The notes under the pieces: model-generated
The model's database searches: none
Told to the model about the DNA's origin: nothing
The model's input: only the letters and a program-made list of their open reading frames with translations
Position numbers and translations under genes: made by a program
In this document: positions 61,867 through 64,000 of the stretch, one piece after another
Layout: every line of letters starts with the position of its first letter
How positions within the stretch are numbered: the first letter of the stretch is position 1
Source of the DNA: Mobula birostris
Lineage: Eukaryota
DNA: 64,000 nucleotides
Direction: 5' to 3'
Assembly: GCF_030028105.1 (NCBI RefSeq)
Contig: NC_092394.1
Span: 45,548,477-45,612,476, forward strand

Positions 61867-62789
61867 TGTTAGGATATCACTGCCATTGTAATGTATATAA
61901 GTGCATATTTGACTTTCTAGAAAGCAGACTTTTTGTTGGGGGGGGGGGGTGGAGGCAAATTAAAGTGGATGTACTTCCAGACTGTTGCACACTCCAGCTC
62001 AGTAGGTGGCAGTAATGCACTTTGCCTTCCGCCATTAAATAATACCAGAAGAAGGAGAATTCATTTTATCTTATCTAACCCATTCCCACCTTCACTGAAA
62101 CTGAAACATCCCTGCAATTTAGAACTACCTTGCTTTCTCTTTTCTCCTCTCAGTTGTGAGAAAGGATCTTTGCACTAAATTATTAATTCTGTTTCTGTTT
62201 CTACAGGTGATTGGTAACCTAGTGAATGTTTCCGTTATTTTCTGTTTTTATTTCACATTTTCAGCATCTGCTTATTTTAAATATATATATACATACACAT
62301 TGTCCTACTGGTCTACCTCTTAGCTACCAAGAGACCCATGTCCAGTAGCATGGGCAAGATTGCTGATGATGACGGGTTGCACCCTCTCTGATCTCAGTTG
62401 CCTTTCGTCTTTATATTTTCTAGTTGCTTGTAATATACTGGTGGTTTAAAGATGCACATTGTACGTAACCTCTAGTGTCTGCATGTTGGTGCCATTCAAA
62501 TACTCAGATACATGCCCAGTACGCTGTTTGTAAGCAAGAAGAATTTCAATCTGAGATTTGCAGCCAGCAGTCGCAGAAGATAACTTAGAGTGAGAATTGA
62601 CATAATAAGTCACTTAGCATGTCATCAGTAACTCGGGAAATGATTGAGGGTTGAAATTCACTGGATGGGTGTTCTGCTGTAGAGGGTTTGTCAGGTCTTG
62701 TCTGAAGGCCTTCAAGTAACAGCAAGGACTATAGAAGAACATAGGTGCCACCTTGTCATCTGGAACCCCCCTTCTCCCACCCCCCCACC

Positions 62790-63215
62790 ACCACCACGCA
62801 GGTCATGCTCGCTTCTCGCTACTGCCATCAGGAAGGAGGTATAGCAGCCTCAAGGTTCACATCTCCAGGTTCAGGAGCAGTTGTTACTCCTCGACCATCA
62901 AACTTTTGAAGCAAATGGGAGAGCTTCACAATTGAAATGTTTCCACAAAACTATGGGCTCACTTTCAAAGACTCGTCATCTCATGTTCTTGATATTTATT
63001 GCTTATTTATTTATTATTATTTTTCTTCATATTTGAACAGTTTTTTGACCTTTGCACCCTGGTTGAATAGCCAAGTTGGTGCAGTATTTCATTGATTCTA
63101 TTATGGTTATTATTATATTATGGATTTATGAAGTATGCCCACAAAAAATGAATCTCTGCATTATATACGGTGATGTTATGTACCTTGATAATAAATTTAC
63201 TTTGAACTTTCGAAC
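62790..63215 (+). mobile_element. Rex1/Babar-like LINE 3' tail
   Basis: HARFSLLPSGRRYSSLKVHISRFRSS; (gaacttt)n tail. Confidence 0.7.
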
Positions 63216-63838
63216 TTTTGACTTGAATGGCGCTTAGAAGTGTTGGACTGCATCTTTATACTTGTATTTCCTTTTAGAAGCTAATAGATTTTATTCACAG
63301 TATTTTTTTAAAGTGTAGGATTAGGTTGAGGGGACAGAAAGAACAAGTCTTAAAGTGGTGAAAGGAGTTGGAAGCATTCTTGTGTTTCAGTTTGGTGGTG
63401 TAGGGACTGCATTAAGACTGATGTCACCAGCTGCCTGCCCTGCCTACATGTAGACTACTTGAAACTGCACCTGAAATTAATTGATCAAATCTGTTTGACT
63501 TGCTGTCAAAATTCTGACAAACTCAGGATCCATGACACAAGAAAAGATACGGCGTTCCAAGTTCCAGTTTCCTTGGCTAGTTATTAATTAGATTTAATTG
63601 CTTTCTATTTTCTATTATATAACATTTGGCAGAACATTTACAGGTTGTTTTTTTTTAGACCTTCTGATCAACGTTTTATCCATTTTTCCATTGTAACATT
63701 GTAATCTGGGTAATAGGGAATCCCAAAAATAGTTCCGCAAAAAAAGGAATCAATATAATGGTAGTTAATTTCTTTTAACATATTGTGTCAATATTTTTGA
63801 TTACTATCAGGCTCTAATCTTTATTAATCTTTTTCCAG

Positions 63839-63958
63839 ATCTGTGATACATACAAGCTGATATATTTATTGCCTAACCTGCGGCAACTCAATGGCAGTGA
63901 TATAACATCCAATGGATACCAACTGAGGTTTATCAATAGCCGGCAGCTAAAGTGTCAA
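63839..63958 (+). CDS. LRWD1: LRWD1 third coding exon (LRR cap)
   Basis: Acceptor ttttccag|ATC; ICDTYKLIYLLPNLRQLNGSDITSNGYQLRFINSRQLKCQ (LPxLRxLNG cap motif); donor CAA|GTGAGT; 120 nt. The gene continues beyond the window. Confidence 0.85.
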
Positions 63959-64000
63959 GTGAGTCCAGAGAAATAGAGTAGAAAAATATTTGGTTAACAC

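Larger units (their letters stand above)
58400..62055 (+). mobile_element. Decayed I/Nimb-like LINE with RNase H, multiply interrupted
   Basis: MEQMVTARL...SQSGFCKG..TRDSV (RT), HIYTVGSK and SAHV..NEVADLLVK (RNase H), 3' motif gtaggtggcagtaatgcac near 62000. Confidence 0.7.

Overview
Vertebrate genomic DNA, most likely a cartilaginous fish (batoid/shark; inferred from the repeat landscape, not proven). Three protein-coding genes were reconstructed by hand from GT-AG sites and reading phase. DTX2 (- strand): first two coding exons with both WWE domains; the rest of the gene lies left of the window. ALKBH4 (- strand): complete, 3 exons, about 315 aa. LRWD1 (+ strand): first three coding exons plus a probable 5'UTR exon. 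ALKBH4 and LRWD1 diverge from one CpG island, and DTX2 has its own CpG island with ZNF143-type motifs. The rest is dense, often nested transposon debris: CR1, Rex1/Babar-like, I/Nimb-like and HERO-like LINEs, Penelope-like elements (PLEs), tRNA SINEs, and Tc1, pogo/Tigger and hAT DNA elements. The most notable signal is a family of PLE 3' ends carrying a minimal type I hammerhead ribozyme motif (AGUC-CUGANGA-stem II-GAAA-CG-UC-GACU). It occurs in at least 9 copies, moves as 130-280 bp inserts with 13-14 bp target-site duplications (TSDs), and repeatedly forms head-to-head foldback pairs, including a near-perfect 77-bp hairpin. No database searches were run; family names come from recognising motifs, and many TE boundaries are approximate.
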